Shown here piece by piece: positions 22,622 through 35,968 of a stretch of DNA of 64,000 nt (the stretch's first letter is position 1; each line of letters opens with the position of its first letter). The notes beneath the pieces were generated by a model that was given only the letters and a program-made list of their open reading frames with translations, ran no database searches and was not told the origin of the DNA. The DNA comes from Eledone cirrhosa (taxonomy: Eukaryota): NCBI GenBank assembly GCA_964016885.1, contig OZ024742.1:242544001-242608000 (forward strand). The letters run 5' to 3'. A program made the position numbers and the translations under genes.

Positions 22622-25600
22622 CGACGACGTTCACCCCTGGTACTGAAAAGAAAACTCGTCTATTTTTTATTAACGACCAGGCGGCAGGATCCGTTACCTC
22701 GTGGATACAGGAACCCAGGTTAGTGTTATACCTGTTTCACTAATCTCGGGCAAAATACACCCAGCACCATCCTTTCTGCAGGCAGTCAACCGATCGTCAA
22801 TTCCGACTTTCGGGGAAAAATCACTGACCCTGAGGCGGCGTTTTCAATGGGTGTTCGTCGTGGCAAACCTGCCGACCCCTATCCTAGGAGCCGATTTTTT
22901 CCACCACTTCAACCTTCTGGTGGATATGAAGAACCGGAGGCTTATGGACACCACCACAAACCTCACTGTGAGAGGTATATTTACCACGCAATCCACAGTG
23001 AGCCCTGTAATTTGCCAGTCAGAGCCTTTGCGGTACAACGGCATTCTCCAGAAATACCCAGACATCACTCGCCCGGTATTTAAGGATGGTCCCATTAAGC
23101 ATAGTGTCACGCACCACATCGAGACAAGCGGACCACCCACAGCTGCCCGACCAAGGAGACTGCCTCCAGCCCGATTGAGAATCGCCAAGCAGGAGTTCCA
23201 ATACATGCTGGACCTTGGAATCAATCGCCCTTCCTCCAGGGACTGGTCTGCACCCCTACACATTGTTCCTAAAAAAACGAGAATGATTGGAGACCATGTG
23301 GGGATTATCGTGCACTTAACAATTCTACAGTGCCCGATAATTACCCTGTACTTCACCTGCACGATTGTTCTGCCTCTCTGCAAGGCGCACGCATCTTTTC
23401 CAAGATAGATTTGGTGCGTGCATATAACCAGATACCTATGGAGCCTGCAGATATTCCGAAGACCGCAATCACAACACCGTTCGGTTTATTCGAATTCCTG
23501 CGAATGCCGTTCGGTCTGCGCAACGCTGCACAAACTTTTCAGCGGTTTATTGACACCGTGTTACGCGATCTAGCCTTCGTATACGCGTATATTGACGACG
23601 TGCTGGTAGCAAGTACTTCCGAGCAGGAACACGAGAAGCACTTAGATCTCCTTTTCCAACGTTTGGTTGAGTAGGGTATCACCATCAACCCCAGCAAGTG
23701 CCTTCTCGGCGTTCCTTTCACTGTCCTTCCTCGGGCACATCATCGATAAAGACGGCATTCGTCCACTTCCCGAGAAAGTAGAAGCTATCCGCAGTTTTCC
23801 CGCACCTACATCACTTCGGAAACTGCGTGAATTCCCCGGTCTGGTGAATTTTTATAGGCGTTTTATCCCTCATTGTTCCGACGCAGCCAGACTCCTCACG
23901 GACCTTCTTCGTAACGGGACTCGCAAAAACGAAGAGATCACTCTAAACGAGGAAGAATTAACATCTTTTAACCGCCTGAAGGAAATGTTGGCAAACGTTT
24001 CCATGCTCGTTTTCCCCAGGTCTGGCGCCCCTCTTTCGCTGCTAATGGACGCATCAGACACGGGGTTGGAGGCGTTTTACAACAACATGTCGACGGCATG
24101 TGGCAACCCTTATCCTTCTTTTCTAAGCGGTTGCAACCGGCAGAAACGAAATACAGTACCTTTGGCCGCGAACTCTTGGGAACCTATCTTTCGGTTAAGC
24201 AGTTTCGGCACACGCTCGAAGGATCAGATTTCGTGATCTACACGGACCATAAACCACTAGCTTATGCGTTCTGTACCAAACCTGATCGACATTCACCGAG
24301 AGAACTCCGACACCTGGATTTTGTCTCCCAATATTCAACTGATATTTGGCATATGAAGGGATCAGACAACGTAGCAGCCGACGCCCTGTCCCGAATCCAG
24401 CTAAACGCAATACATGTGCATTCAGGCATCGACCTTCAACAGATCACAGCTGACCAAGAGACTGACGAAGAGTTTATCAAGCTCCGAGATTCGCCATCCC
24501 TCAAGTTTCAGCAAGTTCCCATTCCTTCTTCTCCGGGACAAATTTGGTGCGACTTTTCTACAGGTCATGAACGACCGTACGTACCACAGATGCATCGTCG
24601 ACAAGTTCTTCTGCTTTACACTGCTTGTCTCACCCGGGAATCCGGGCTACACAGAAACTCATCTCTGCTCGTTTTGTGTGGACTAACATTAACAAGGACG
24701 TGCGCAACTGGTCCAGGAGCTGCATTGCCTGCCAGAAAGCCAAAGTCCACAGACACATCAAAACTCCACTCGGCACATTCGCGCAACCTGATGCACGTTT
24801 TCATCATATGCATATCGACATCGTCGGACCTCTACCACCATCACAGAACTACACACACTTGCTCACCTGCATAGATCGATTTTCTCGTTGGCCTGAGGCT
24901 TTTCCCATAAATGATACCTCAGCACGAAACAGTCGCTAAAATTTTGGTTTTACACTGGGTATCACGTTATGGCGCCCCAGCGAAGATAACAACGGACAGA
25001 GGACGCCAATTTGACTCCCACCTCTTCAGGGAACTGACTCGCCTGTTAGGATGTAAACACATCCGCTCGACAGCTTATCACCCGCAAGCTAATGGTCTCG
25101 TGGAAAGATTCCATCGCCAATTGAAAGCTGCAATAAAAGCATATCCAGACAAGACCCACTGGTTTGAATACCTGCCACTCATCCTTCTGGGCATTCGATC
25201 CACCGTTAAGGAGGAATTCGGACACACACCTGCAGAATTAGTGTACGGCACCACCCTGGTTCTACCTAGTCAGATGGTTGCTCCCATCTCTCCTCAGAAA
25301 TGTTCCAGACCCAGGATCATACGTACACTGTCTTCGACAATATATGTCTCACCTTGCTCCTGCAAGCACCCGTCAACAGAACACGGCCACACACGTACCT
25401 TCAGACATTAAAGATTGGACACACGTTTTCGTTCGAAACGACACCACCTCAGCTCATCTTCGACCTCCATATTCTGGCCCTTATCGTGTTCTAAAAAAAT
25501 ATCCGAAATATTTTATTCTCGATCTAGATGGTAAACAGAATTCTGTCAGCGTGGACAGATTAAAAAAAGCCATCATGCATACTGTTACAGTCTCTACACC

Positions 25601-25715
25601 AGAAACTACAACAGATTGCTGTCCCAGCGAGCCACCTGTTTCATCTCCAGTCACGAGAAGTGGACGACGCGTCCAATGGCCCGCCAAGTCGGCACAATAT
25701 GTGAATTACCGTTAA
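22600..25715 (+). pseudogene. pol: Gypsy pol (protease, RT, RNase H, integrase), multiply frameshifted
   Basis: [59 protein letters not shown]. Confidence 0.95.
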
Positions 25716-26612
25716 CCTCAAGTGAGTTTCTTAATCATTCTTCGTGCAAAACATTTCCATTTTTCTTGTGTTTACTATTTTCAGTTTCAAATACAATGAA
25801 CTTTCTGCTTGAACAATTGCATTTTTTAGTGACCATGTGCTCATGTCACGAAGAACATTATTTATTATGAATATTATTTATTACAAACACTATTTAAGAA
25901 CAAACATTGTGTATAACATTTTTTTCTTCTCTCTCTTGTTTTGCAAATTTTTTTATTCTTCTTGTTCTGTAACATTGATTGTGTAATTGCCATAATTTTT
26001 ATATACATACAAGGCGTGTACATATTCTGATTTTCATGCACACTACAAAACCACGTTTGTTTCATCTTTTAGTTCATACACGGAGCAATATGTCCCTCTA
26101 ACTCTTACACTACAAAATGTTTTCTCTTTGATCACGCATTTTACAAATCGCATCCTCAAAACACTGGCCTTCTTTTTTCACGTACACATTCACTCAATAG
26201 TTCGAGAATGCCTCGCTATTTTTTTACCACATGCATTCGCTCAAGTCATATGCTGTGGAGCAACCTGTTACTTTTAGGCAGCATGCTTACGGCCATTCAG
26301 TTCACACATTACAGTTATCTTCACTGCCCAGTTAGACTTTTTGTCACGCAATTCACAGACAGCTCAACCCAAATTGCAACAGGCTCATTCATCACGCCTG
26401 CATAAATCTGGTCAAAGTCATTTTATAGTTTATTTCTTTTTTCTCTTCCTGACACACACATCTTGCCATATCATCTCTACATCGACTCTGTCCTGTACTC
26501 GATGATCACAAAATTTTACAACGTGCTGGACACTGCTGGGGCTATTGTCATGACAAATGCACCACTGGCCGATTACTATACGATATTTCGCTCTTTTGAT
26601 GTACAAAAGATC

Positions 26613-26626
26613 TGGCAGGGGGATAA
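26613..26626 (+). promoter_or_regulatory. Polypurine tract
   Basis: TGGCAGGGGGATAA immediately 5' of the 3' LTR. Confidence 0.75.
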
Positions 26627-27111
26627 TGTACAGCCACCGGAAATAACATCTGTGAAATATACAGCGCCATCTACCTGTTAGCTAGCTACCTCACCGTGAA
26701 ACAAAACAAATCTTAAAAGCTACCAGAATAAACGCCTACACAGCGGCTAAACATCAAACGATTATTTCTGTATAAATAGAGTGGTTCCAAACACTTCGCC
26801 AGTCGACATTTGGCAGAGTCAACCCGCGTATCGTTGTTCCTCGCCTCTGCCACGCTTTGTCACTCACACACGCCTTGTACCTCGTATCGTCGCTTCATGT
26901 GAAAATAAATAGCTGATCGAATTTACATCCCTCGCCTTGCTTCGTCCTTTCAACTTGTGCTTTCGTCTGTTCATCCTTACCGTATATGACAACAGTTCTT
27001 TTAAGGGCTATCTTCAGATACGATCAGACCGTATGCGATAACAGTCCTTTTAAGGGCTATTCTCGGATCTGATCAGAAGTAGTGACCAGACTGACTAACC
27101 ACGTCGCTACA
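26627..27111 (+). repeat. 3' LTR (485 bp)
   Basis: Direct repeat of 21774-22258. Confidence 0.95.
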
Positions 27112-27713
27112 CATGCATGGAGAGTTTTACTCCTGATAGGAAACTATCGGTTTTTGCTATAAATTCTACATAATTTAATATCATTTCAACAGCATGGAAT
27201 GTTTCTGGTTTCAAACGATATATGACCTATATATTTGCTGTATTCAAGCGATTTATATATATATATAAATGTGTGTATGTGTATGTATGTTAAACATATA
27301 TGATATATGTGTGTGTGAATGTGTAATGTGTGCGTGATTAAACATTTAAATGTTCGTATATATATCTTTTTATGCATATGCATAGATATATTTGTTACTC
27401 AGTGAACGTGTGTAGGATTTTCAGAATTCTTGTGGCGACTTCGAAATACGACAGCATATATTTTTGTTCGTTATTCAAAAATTATTGATCGATAATGTTT
27501 TGACATTTCTAGTACTGTTCCCTGATATATCGATCTCTATCCTGAAGATACAAAGTCTTTGATAGCAGTTTTAAAATCTGATGGCAACGATTGAAATGAT
27601 GAGGTTTGAGACGGGTTAAGTATAAACCGTCTTTGTTTAAACTTTATGTAAATATGTGTATATATGAATATGGATGTATATACATTATTTATGTACAATC
27701 ATGTAAATCTATG

Positions 27714-27756
<43 letters not shown>

Positions 27757-27882
27757 ACACTCACACACACACTCACGTACATACACACACATCATCATCA
27801 CCGTCAATTTATGTCTGCTAAAATAATATGTTTCGTTGTGCATGTATCTATGTATATATATTTTATATATATATATATAATA

Positions 27883-27964
<82 letters not shown>

Positions 27965-27979
27965 GTTTTAATATAGATG

Positions 27980-28030
27980 AGATTCTACAGGACTAGAACT
28001 GTTTCATTCTTTAGAAATCATCAGGAATCT
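27980..28030 (-). ncRNA. Type I hammerhead ribozyme motif
   Basis: Minus strand reads agattc-CTGATGA-t-ttc-taaa-gaa-t-GAAA-cag-ttctagtc-ctg-TA-gaatct (6-bp stem I, 3-bp stem III). Confidence 0.7.
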
Positions 28031-28479
28031 GGGTATCAAAAAATAAGTATGGTATTTATAGGTCTCTACAAGTGGTAGGAGAGGGTGGGGAGGGGGAGGG
28101 GTGTAAGTCATTGGTTGATAGAAAAGGGAATTCATTAAAAGCTAATTCTACAAAGCTATAGTTTATTTTTATTTATTTTTGTTTTTAGAGTAACAAAGGC
28201 AGACAGAATTCTATAAACAGGTTCAGGATGGCATGCCACTCCTTATTATTAAGTTTCTCTTAAGCTAACAGGTGTCTATAAGATCAGTGGGGGGTCAGTC
28301 ATGGTAGATAGATTTAAAGGAAAGGGAGATTCTTTAAAAGCTAAATTCATTAAGGTTCTACTATGTGACAAAGGTTTAGAGAATTCTGTAGACAAGTTAA
28401 AAATATTGAGTGCATATCTTACAATTATCTTCAAATTTCTCTTAAACTATTCAACTATATGCCAAAAATCAACAGACAC

Positions 28480-28652
28480 ATTCACAAAACACACTCACTC
28501 ACACACTCGTGCGCACCCATAAACACACATACACAAACACATATACACACATATATACACACCCACACACATATAAATATATTTATATATATACATATAT
28601 ATACATATATACATATACATACACACACATACGTACACACATATATACGTGC

Positions 28653-28683
<31 letters not shown>

Positions 28684-28720
28684 AGTATACATATATATAC
28701 ATACATATACATACACACAC

Positions 28721-28755
<35 letters not shown>

Positions 28756-28915
28756 TATACACATATATAAGGAAGAACAAAACAGAGGGGCAGAACAAAC
28801 AAATGTTTATTAATTTCACGCTCTTGAGAGTGGGGTCACACATACACACACATATATATATATACACACACACACATCACACATACACCATACATACATA
28901 TATTTATATATACAT
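28480..28915. repeat. Complex (CA)/(TA) microsatellite
   Basis: Read directly from sequence. Confidence 0.9.
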
Positions 28916-29205
28916 TTAAAGTATATGATAAACACGAAATGTGTTTACATTGCAACAGACAAAGTTAGCTATTAATGAAATAAACTAATAAAAGTGAATA
29001 CAATTTGTCTGTCTCGATACAAGTCAATAAAGACAAGCTTATATTGGCAACTGCCATGATTCCTGGACATATTTAAATTTCAAAATTCAAACCTGGAGCT
29101 TAATTATTATAAACGACTGAGAGTTTATTCTCAAAATATAATATAATATATTTATATATATATATATATCTATATACATATACATATATATATATACATA
29201 TATAT

Positions 29206-29236
<31 letters not shown>

Positions 29237-29415
29237 GGTAGAAGTTAATATGTCCAGGGATACTAGGTACCCCTAGAAATACATAGGTTGTCTATGATTC
29301 AGGGTTGTTCAATGGTGTTAATTTGATACACCAGAACTTTAATATTAAGATAAGCAGAACAAGTAAAATTCAATCAATTTTTCAAAGTACATTAAAAAAT
29401 ATAATATAAATATTT

Positions 29416-29512
29416 ACCTCTTCTAGTGGCCCTTACTGATCAGTTTCGCTTTGTAAAACCTCATAAATCCGATGGATTTATGATGGAAAACCAAAGCTCA
29501 TCAGAGAAGCAT
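29416..29512 (-). ncRNA. Type I hammerhead ribozyme, array unit 1
   Basis: Minus strand reads ttct-CTGATGA-gctttg...caaagc-GAAA-ctgatcag-TA-aggg; predicted cut between 29434 and 29433. Confidence 0.85.
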
Positions 29513-29900
29513 TTTCCCTTCCTAGGGCTAAACGTCCCAGGAACGACAAAATATACAACCTCCTGCCAGCTAATAAAGGTCTGAAAGGTCGTAAAAGTGA
29601 CCCGTATGTAAACTGGACCGAAGTAAAAGCGGGAAAATCAAAGACTTGCTGTCTACAATTACTACTAAAAAAATAGCAGTCAAGTAAAGCAACATATTTG
29701 TTCTCAACGGACGGAGAAAAAGGTAGAAGTTAATATGTCCAGGGATACTAGGTACCCCTAGAAATACATAGGTTGTCTATGATTCAGGGTTGTTCAATGG
29801 TGTTAATTTGATACACCAGAACTTTAATATTAAGATAAGCAGAACAAGTAAAATTCAATCAATTTTTCAAAATACATTAAAAAATATAATATAAATATTT

Positions 29901-29997
29901 ACCTCTTCTAGTGGCCCTTACTGATCAGTTTCGCTTTGTAAAACCTCATAAATCCGATGGATTTATGATGGAAAACCAAAGCTCATCAGAGAAGCAT
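29901..29997 (-). ncRNA. Type I hammerhead ribozyme, array unit 2
   Basis: Same motif, +485. Confidence 0.85.
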
Positions 29998-30385
29998 TTT
30001 CCCTTCCTAGGGCTAAACGTCCCAGGAACGACAAAATATACAACCTCCTGCCAGCTAATAAAGGTCTGAAAGGTCGTAAAAGTGACCCGTATGTAAACTG
30101 GACCGAAGTAAAAGCGGGAAAATCAAAGACTTGCTGTCTACAATTACTACTAAAAAAATAGCAGTCAAGTAAAGCAACATATTTGTTCTCAACGGACGGA
30201 GAAAAAGGTAGAAGTTAATATGTCCAGGGATACTAGGTACCCCTAGAAATACATAGGTTGTCTATGATTCAGGGTTGTTCAATGGTGTTAATTTGATACA
30301 CCAGAACTTTAATATTAAGATAAGCAGAACAAGTAAAATTCAATCAATTTTTCAAAATACATTAAAAAATATAATATAAATATTT

Positions 30386-30482
30386 ACCTCTTCTAGTGGC
30401 CCTTACTGATCAGTTTCGCTTTGTAAAACCTCATAAATCCGATGGATTTATGATGGAAAACCAAAGCTCATCAGAGAAGCAT
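30386..30482 (-). ncRNA. Type I hammerhead ribozyme, array unit 3
   Basis: Same motif, +970. Confidence 0.85.
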
Positions 30483-30870
30483 TTTCCCTTCCTAGGGCTA
30501 AACGTCCCAGGAACGACAAAATATACAACCTCCTGCCAGCTAATAAAGGTCTGAAAGGTCGTAAAAGTGACCCGTATGTAAACTGGACCGAAGTAAAAGC
30601 GGGAAAATCAAAGACTTGCTGTCTACAATTACTACTAAAAAAATAGCAGTCAAGTAAAGCAACATATTTGTTCTCAACGGACGGAGAAAAAGGTAGAAGT
30701 TAATATGTCCAGGGATACTAGGTACCTCTAGAAATACATAGGTTGTCTATGATTCAGGGTTGTTCAATGGTGTTAATTTGATACACCAGAACTTTAATAT
30801 TAAGATAAGCAGAACAAGTAAAATTCAATCAATTTTTCAAAATACATTAAAAAATATAATATAAATATTT

Positions 30871-30967
30871 ACCTCTTCTAGTGGCCCTTACTGATCAGTT
30901 TCGCTTTGTAAAACCTCATAAATCCGATGGATTTATGATGGAAAACCAAAGCTCATCAGAGAAGCAT
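30871..30967 (-). ncRNA. Type I hammerhead ribozyme, array unit 4
   Basis: Same motif, +1455. Confidence 0.85.
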
Positions 30968-31212
30968 TTTCCCTTCCTAGGGCTAAACGTCCCAGGAACG
31001 ACAAAATATACAACCTCCTGCCAGCTAATAAAGGTCTGAAAGGTCGTAAAAGTGACCCGTATGTAAACTGGACCGAAGTAAAAGCGGGAAAATCAAAGAC
31101 TTGCTGTCTACAATTACTACTAAAAAAATAGCAGTCAAGTAAAGCAACATATTTGTTCTCAACGGACGGAGAAAAAGGTAGAAGTTAATATGTCCAGGGA
31201 TACTAGGTACCC

Positions 31213-31580
31213 CTCCGTCCGTTGAGAACAAATATGTTGCTTTACTTGACTGCTATTTTTTTAGTAGTAATTGTAGACAGCAAGTCTTTGATTTTCCCGC
31301 TTTTACTTCGGTCCAGTTTACATACGGGTCACTTTTACGACCTTTCAGACCTTTATTAGCTGGCAGGAGGTTGTATATTTTGTCGTTCCTGGGACGTTTA
31401 GCCCTAGGAAGGGAAAATGCTTCTCTGATGAGCTTTGGTTTTCCATCATAAATCCATCGGATTTATGAGGTTTTACAAAGCGAAACTGATCAGTAAGGGC
31501 CACTAGAAGAGGTAAATATTTATATTATATTTTTTAATGTATTTTGAAAAATTGATTGAATTTTACTTGTTCTGCTTATC

Positions 31581-31587
<7 letters not shown>
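31213..31587 (+). repeat. Inverted partial copy of the 485-bp unit
   Basis: Reverse complement of about 30797-31171; ends in (TA)n. Confidence 0.95.
31417..31513 (+). ncRNA. Type I hammerhead ribozyme, inverted unit
   Basis: CTGATGA at 31425-31431, GAAA at 31482-31485, CTGATCAG-TA; predicted cut after 31495. Confidence 0.85.
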
Positions 31588-31637
<50 letters not shown>

Positions 31638-31949
31638 AAAAATTGAACAGGGACAGAACAGAGAGGCAGTACGACAAATGTTTATTAGCTTCACGCTCAG
31701 GAGAGTGGGGGGTAGGTGGAGGACGACGTTTCGGGCATAAGCCCTTCTTCGGGTAAGAGTTCAAAAGGTGTGTAGGGGAGTGGTGGAGAGACATATAGCG
31801 AAAGGAAACGGTGCGAATGAAAAATTAACAAATAAAGACAAAATTATAATAAATAATAAATAAAAATAAAGCATGATCAAAATACAAGGAATGAGAACAT
31901 TTAAAAATAAAGGCATGATCAAAATAAACTGAAATTAAAAGGGGGGTAA

Positions 31950-32609
31950 ACAGGTGGTGGAAGGGTGTGGGGTGAGTAGAGGTGGAGGCGGGTGGAGTGG
32001 GGAGAGGGAGAGACGGGGTGTCCGAGCGGGGAGGGCTGAAGTGGTGTGTGTGGTTAGGTGTGCGTGTGTGTGTGTGTGTGTGTATGTGAATGTGAAAGTG
32101 AGGGTTGGGGGAAGAACGGGGTTGCATGTTCAGGAAGGTGTGTGTGGGGGGTGTTTTTGTGTGTCGGAGGGTCTGTGCGTGTGTGGATAGAGGGTGGGGG
32201 GAGAGGAATCAGGGGGCTGAGGGTGTAAATATGTGGTGGGAAGCACGTGTGTGTGGTTTAAGCGTGTTGTGGGTGTGGGTGGCGTGTGGATAAAAAAATT
32301 TGTTTTGGGATGTGTGTGTGGGTGAGTTATATAGGTGATGGTGTTAGAGGATGGTTGAAAAGTGGTAAGTTACACGGATGTATGGAGATTTTGGTTGGAA
32401 GTCAAAACGCGTGTGGGTAATCCAAGAAGCGGTGGTCGGAAGAGGAGAGATGTGGGGTGCGCGCGCAACAGGAAGTGGTCAGCAGTGGAAGTGCTGTGGT
32501 CAGTGGGTGCTGAGACAGTGGTCGGAAGGGCATAGCAGCAGTCAGCGGAATGATAGGGAGGCGAGGATGGGTAGGTGTGAGAGTTGGAGTGAGGAGGGTG
32601 TGTGTGTGT

Positions 32610-32659
<50 letters not shown>

Positions 32660-33185
32660 TAGTAGGGGTGTTAGTGGGATGAGTGAGTGTGGAGTGGGGA
32701 GAGAAGGGTGTGTGTGGTTCTATGGAGGGAGTGTGGTGTACTGGTGTGTGTGTAGTTTGGTGAGGAGGTGTTAGTGGGTGTTAGTAGACGGGAGGTTTGG
32801 AGGGGTGGAATGCAGGTGTGAGTGGGGGTTAGTGGGGGCAGGGTGTGTAGAGTTGGTGGTGTACGAGGGTGTTTGGGTACGTGTGCGTGGGGTTGGAGGG
32901 TGTTAGTGATGTTAGTTGCGTGTGGGGTGGGTGGTGTAAGTGTGTGCGTGTGATAAGGAGGGGGGAGGAGGAGAAGAGGGGAGGGAAGGGATGTTAGTAT
33001 GTTAGTTGGGGAAGGGTGGTTAGATGAGGGGTGGAGTGGGGGTGTTAGTATTGTTAGTGTGGGGTGGGCGGTGAAAAGGAGGGGTGTGTTAGTGGTGTTA
33101 GTGGGGGATAAGTGGGGGAGGGGGGCGGTCGAACGCTAAAGGAATAAGGGTGGGGAGTTCAGGCCGGGTGGGGTGTGGGTCTGTA
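31950..33185. repeat. G/T-rich low-complexity region with dispersed GTGTTAGT motifs
   Basis: Strong strand skew; repeated ggtgttagt. Confidence 0.75.
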
Positions 33186-33240
33186 AGATGAAGATAGTAC
33201 GTTGTTATATACACACATATACATATATATATACACACAC

Positions 33241-33271
<31 letters not shown>

Positions 33272-33290
33272 CATACATACACATACATAT

Positions 33291-33354
<64 letters not shown>

Positions 33355-33924
33355 ATATATGTGTGTGTGTGTGTGGCGAGGGAATAACTTTTATGTCCAA
33401 CGTGTTGTTCTGAAAACACGACTGTGCATTAGATTGATCATTTTTATTAGGGATTTCTTCTTTTTCCTTGATAATACTTAGTTTTGAACAGTTCTCTTCC
33501 TAAATCCAAGTGTGTATTAACGTTTTGAACTTGTTGCTACACCATCTTCAGAAACAGAATATTCATACGAGTTGTTGAAGTAGTTTTAACCTATTATGGG
33601 AGTGATAGGAGATCATGGACACCTGAAGTACAATTTGCCAGTTTTAAGAGTTGGCCTCACGTATGCTGTATCTGTGTATTAATGTCTGTTTATATTCTGA
33701 AATTATTAGAGCTTCCATAGTTATTCACTTGTTTTGTGTGGAATTCTATGAGAAAAATATTATCTATTTTTTTTCCTCATGTGCTGTACAGAAATGTGTG
33801 GTGATGTCTCCTTGTTGAAAATACATAGATAACCGCTGTAACAATGTTGGTCATGAATTATATATATGTATTGTCTGTACGTTTCTGTTTGAACTCATTG
33901 GGCTAATACTCAGACTCAAAACTA

Positions 33925-33949
33925 TTTATATATATATATACATATATCT

Positions 33950-34035
<86 letters not shown>

Positions 34036-34108
34036 CATATATATATATATACATACATATATATATATACATACATATATATATATACATACATATATAT
34101 ATATATAC

Positions 34109-34158
<50 letters not shown>

Positions 34159-34192
34159 GTGTGTGTGTGTGTGTCTGTGTGTATGTGTGTGT
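33925..34192. repeat. (TA)n/(TACA) microsatellite
   Basis: Read directly from sequence. Confidence 0.95.
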
Positions 34193-34871
34193 AAAAGGTA
34201 AACAAAAATAACAACACAATTGGTTCAGTATATGAAAGGAATATATTAGGTTAACGCTTGAAATAGCAGGAAGAGGGTCTTAACGTTTCGGATGCTAGTC
34301 CTTCATAAAAAAAAGAATGAGAAATAAGATAGATTGAAGGGACGGGAGGGGTGGAGTATATATATATTAGGTAGTATCAAGAATTTCTGTAGACTAGATA
34401 AAGGAAAATGTGCGCTCTATGTTAATTGCAGAGCTAAAGTATATTATTTGCATGCTACCTAAGGTTTCAAACGGATCATGGAACTTTGTTGAGATTTTTA
34501 TTTATGATAATATATATGAGTATGATACAGAAATTATAAAGACCTTTGTGATATATGAGACAACAAAGAAGCATATACATGTGTGCATGAGTCCATTACT
34601 CCTGGTAGAGTATTTGGGCGCCGTAATAGCACGCGTGTATCTTGCGTATTTTAAACCTGGTTGAACCCGTCTCTCTTTAAAGTTGAAACAGCTGATTTCT
34701 TCAAGAGAAAGAAAGGAAAATTGTGGAAGAGAGATAGAGTAAGTCTCAACATCAGAAAGATGAAAGGCTAAGTTGATCCGGACTAAATACCGTTATATAT
34801 ATATATATAAGTATGTATCAGCCGTACTAAGAGTGAGAAATGAAATTTCATTTTTTCCATTTATATATATA

Positions 34872-35934
34872 CTAGCAGAGGTACCCGGCCTTGCTCGGGT
34901 ATTAAATACCAGTTATGTATACCATTTATGTCAATACTTCAGTGCTGCTTCGAAAACTATACTTTTACAAAATCATTGGCTTTTCCAAAAGGGGGTTCCT
35001 CAATATGTGCCAATTCTGAGAGTTCACATTCATCTGTAGGACAAACGTAGACCATGTGTCAAGTTTTGTGAAAATCAGAACTCCAGAAGTTATGACGTTT
35101 TGTTGCCTTGCACTGCAGTGCTTCAGTCGACTGCAAGGAAGGGGTTAAAGGGGGTTATCTGCCGGGAGGCCCTATAATCAATATCTGCAAAAATGAAAGT
35201 GCCCATGACCATCCAGAGTACATAAGTAACCTATGTCTTAATTTTGGTGAAAATACTGTAGAAATGCATAAGGTTTACACACACATGTGTGTGTGTGTGT
35301 GTGTGTGTGTGAGTGTGTGTGTATTTGTCTGTGCGTATGTATATGTATGCGTATGTCGGTCGGCGCATATGTATGTACTGGCCTAAATCTTCACTATTTA
35401 CTTTTACTATGTTAAGGCAAAGTTAGAATCCCGTCGAGGTTACCTTTGCCTTTCATCATTACGGGATCGATAAAATAAAGTACCAGTAATGTACCTTGTG
35501 CCAAAAGTAGAAACAACTATTTTAATAACCTCTGTCATTTTCGTTTACAATTTTATTTACATCATTCTTAAACTCCAGGGCTGGAAATCATTCGGTTATT
35601 TTAAATAAAATATTAGTCTAACGACTCCATTTACACCATAAACTTGGTCTTGTCTTTGCCTGAAATTGTTCTTCTCGGTCCACATAACGACGTATTATCC
35701 TCGCATTTTTCCGTTCATTACCAGGGAACGTCTTCACGTACAGAAAAATATCGTCTTCCTGTTTTCCTTCGGTTGCAACGTTTCTCGAAATATTTAATTC
35801 TGCGTTCCCAGATTGAATTTATTAGTTTAAGAAGATCCCGTTAATGTTGAAAGCAGCGATTCTTTGCTTAAACTTTCTATCTTTCTCAATCCCTCTCCCT
35901 TTTTTCGCATACCCCCTCTCTCTCTCTCTTTCTC

Positions 35935-35968
<34 letters not shown>

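Larger units (their letters stand above)
21774..27111 (+). mobile_element. Ty3/Gypsy LTR retrotransposon, both LTRs present, gag partly deleted, 4-bp TSD CATG
   Basis: TG...CA LTRs; CATG at 21770-21773 and 27112-27115; PBS, PPT and PR-RT-RH-IN domain order. Confidence 0.96.
29236..31213 (-). repeat. Tandem array of four 485-bp units plus about 38 bp, one hammerhead per unit (retrozyme/Penelope pseudo-LTR-like)
   Basis: AGGTAGAAGTTAATATGTCC recurs at 29236, 29721, 30206, 30691 and 31176; units are nearly identical. Confidence 0.95.

Noticed and set aside
29236-31213. CRISPR array, or derivation from the Gypsy LTR (both 485 bp)
   Set aside because: There are no unique spacers and the context is eukaryotic; no sequence similarity to the LTR, so the equal length is coincidence.
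31715-31760. Hammerhead-like motifs CCGAAGAA-gggc-ttat-gccc-GAAA-cgtcg (minus) and a similar trace near 34275-34310
   Set aside because: Core is mutated and stem I does not pair; counted only as degenerate traces.
32660-33110. Telomere-like repeats (GTTAGT/GTTAGG)
   Set aside because: Not tandem TTAGGG; dispersed within G/T low-complexity sequence.
33400-33900. Possible decayed Penelope RT coding sequence (also about 28030-28480 and 55060-55330)
   Set aside because: No unambiguous RT or GIY-YIG motif is readable; a translated search would be needed.
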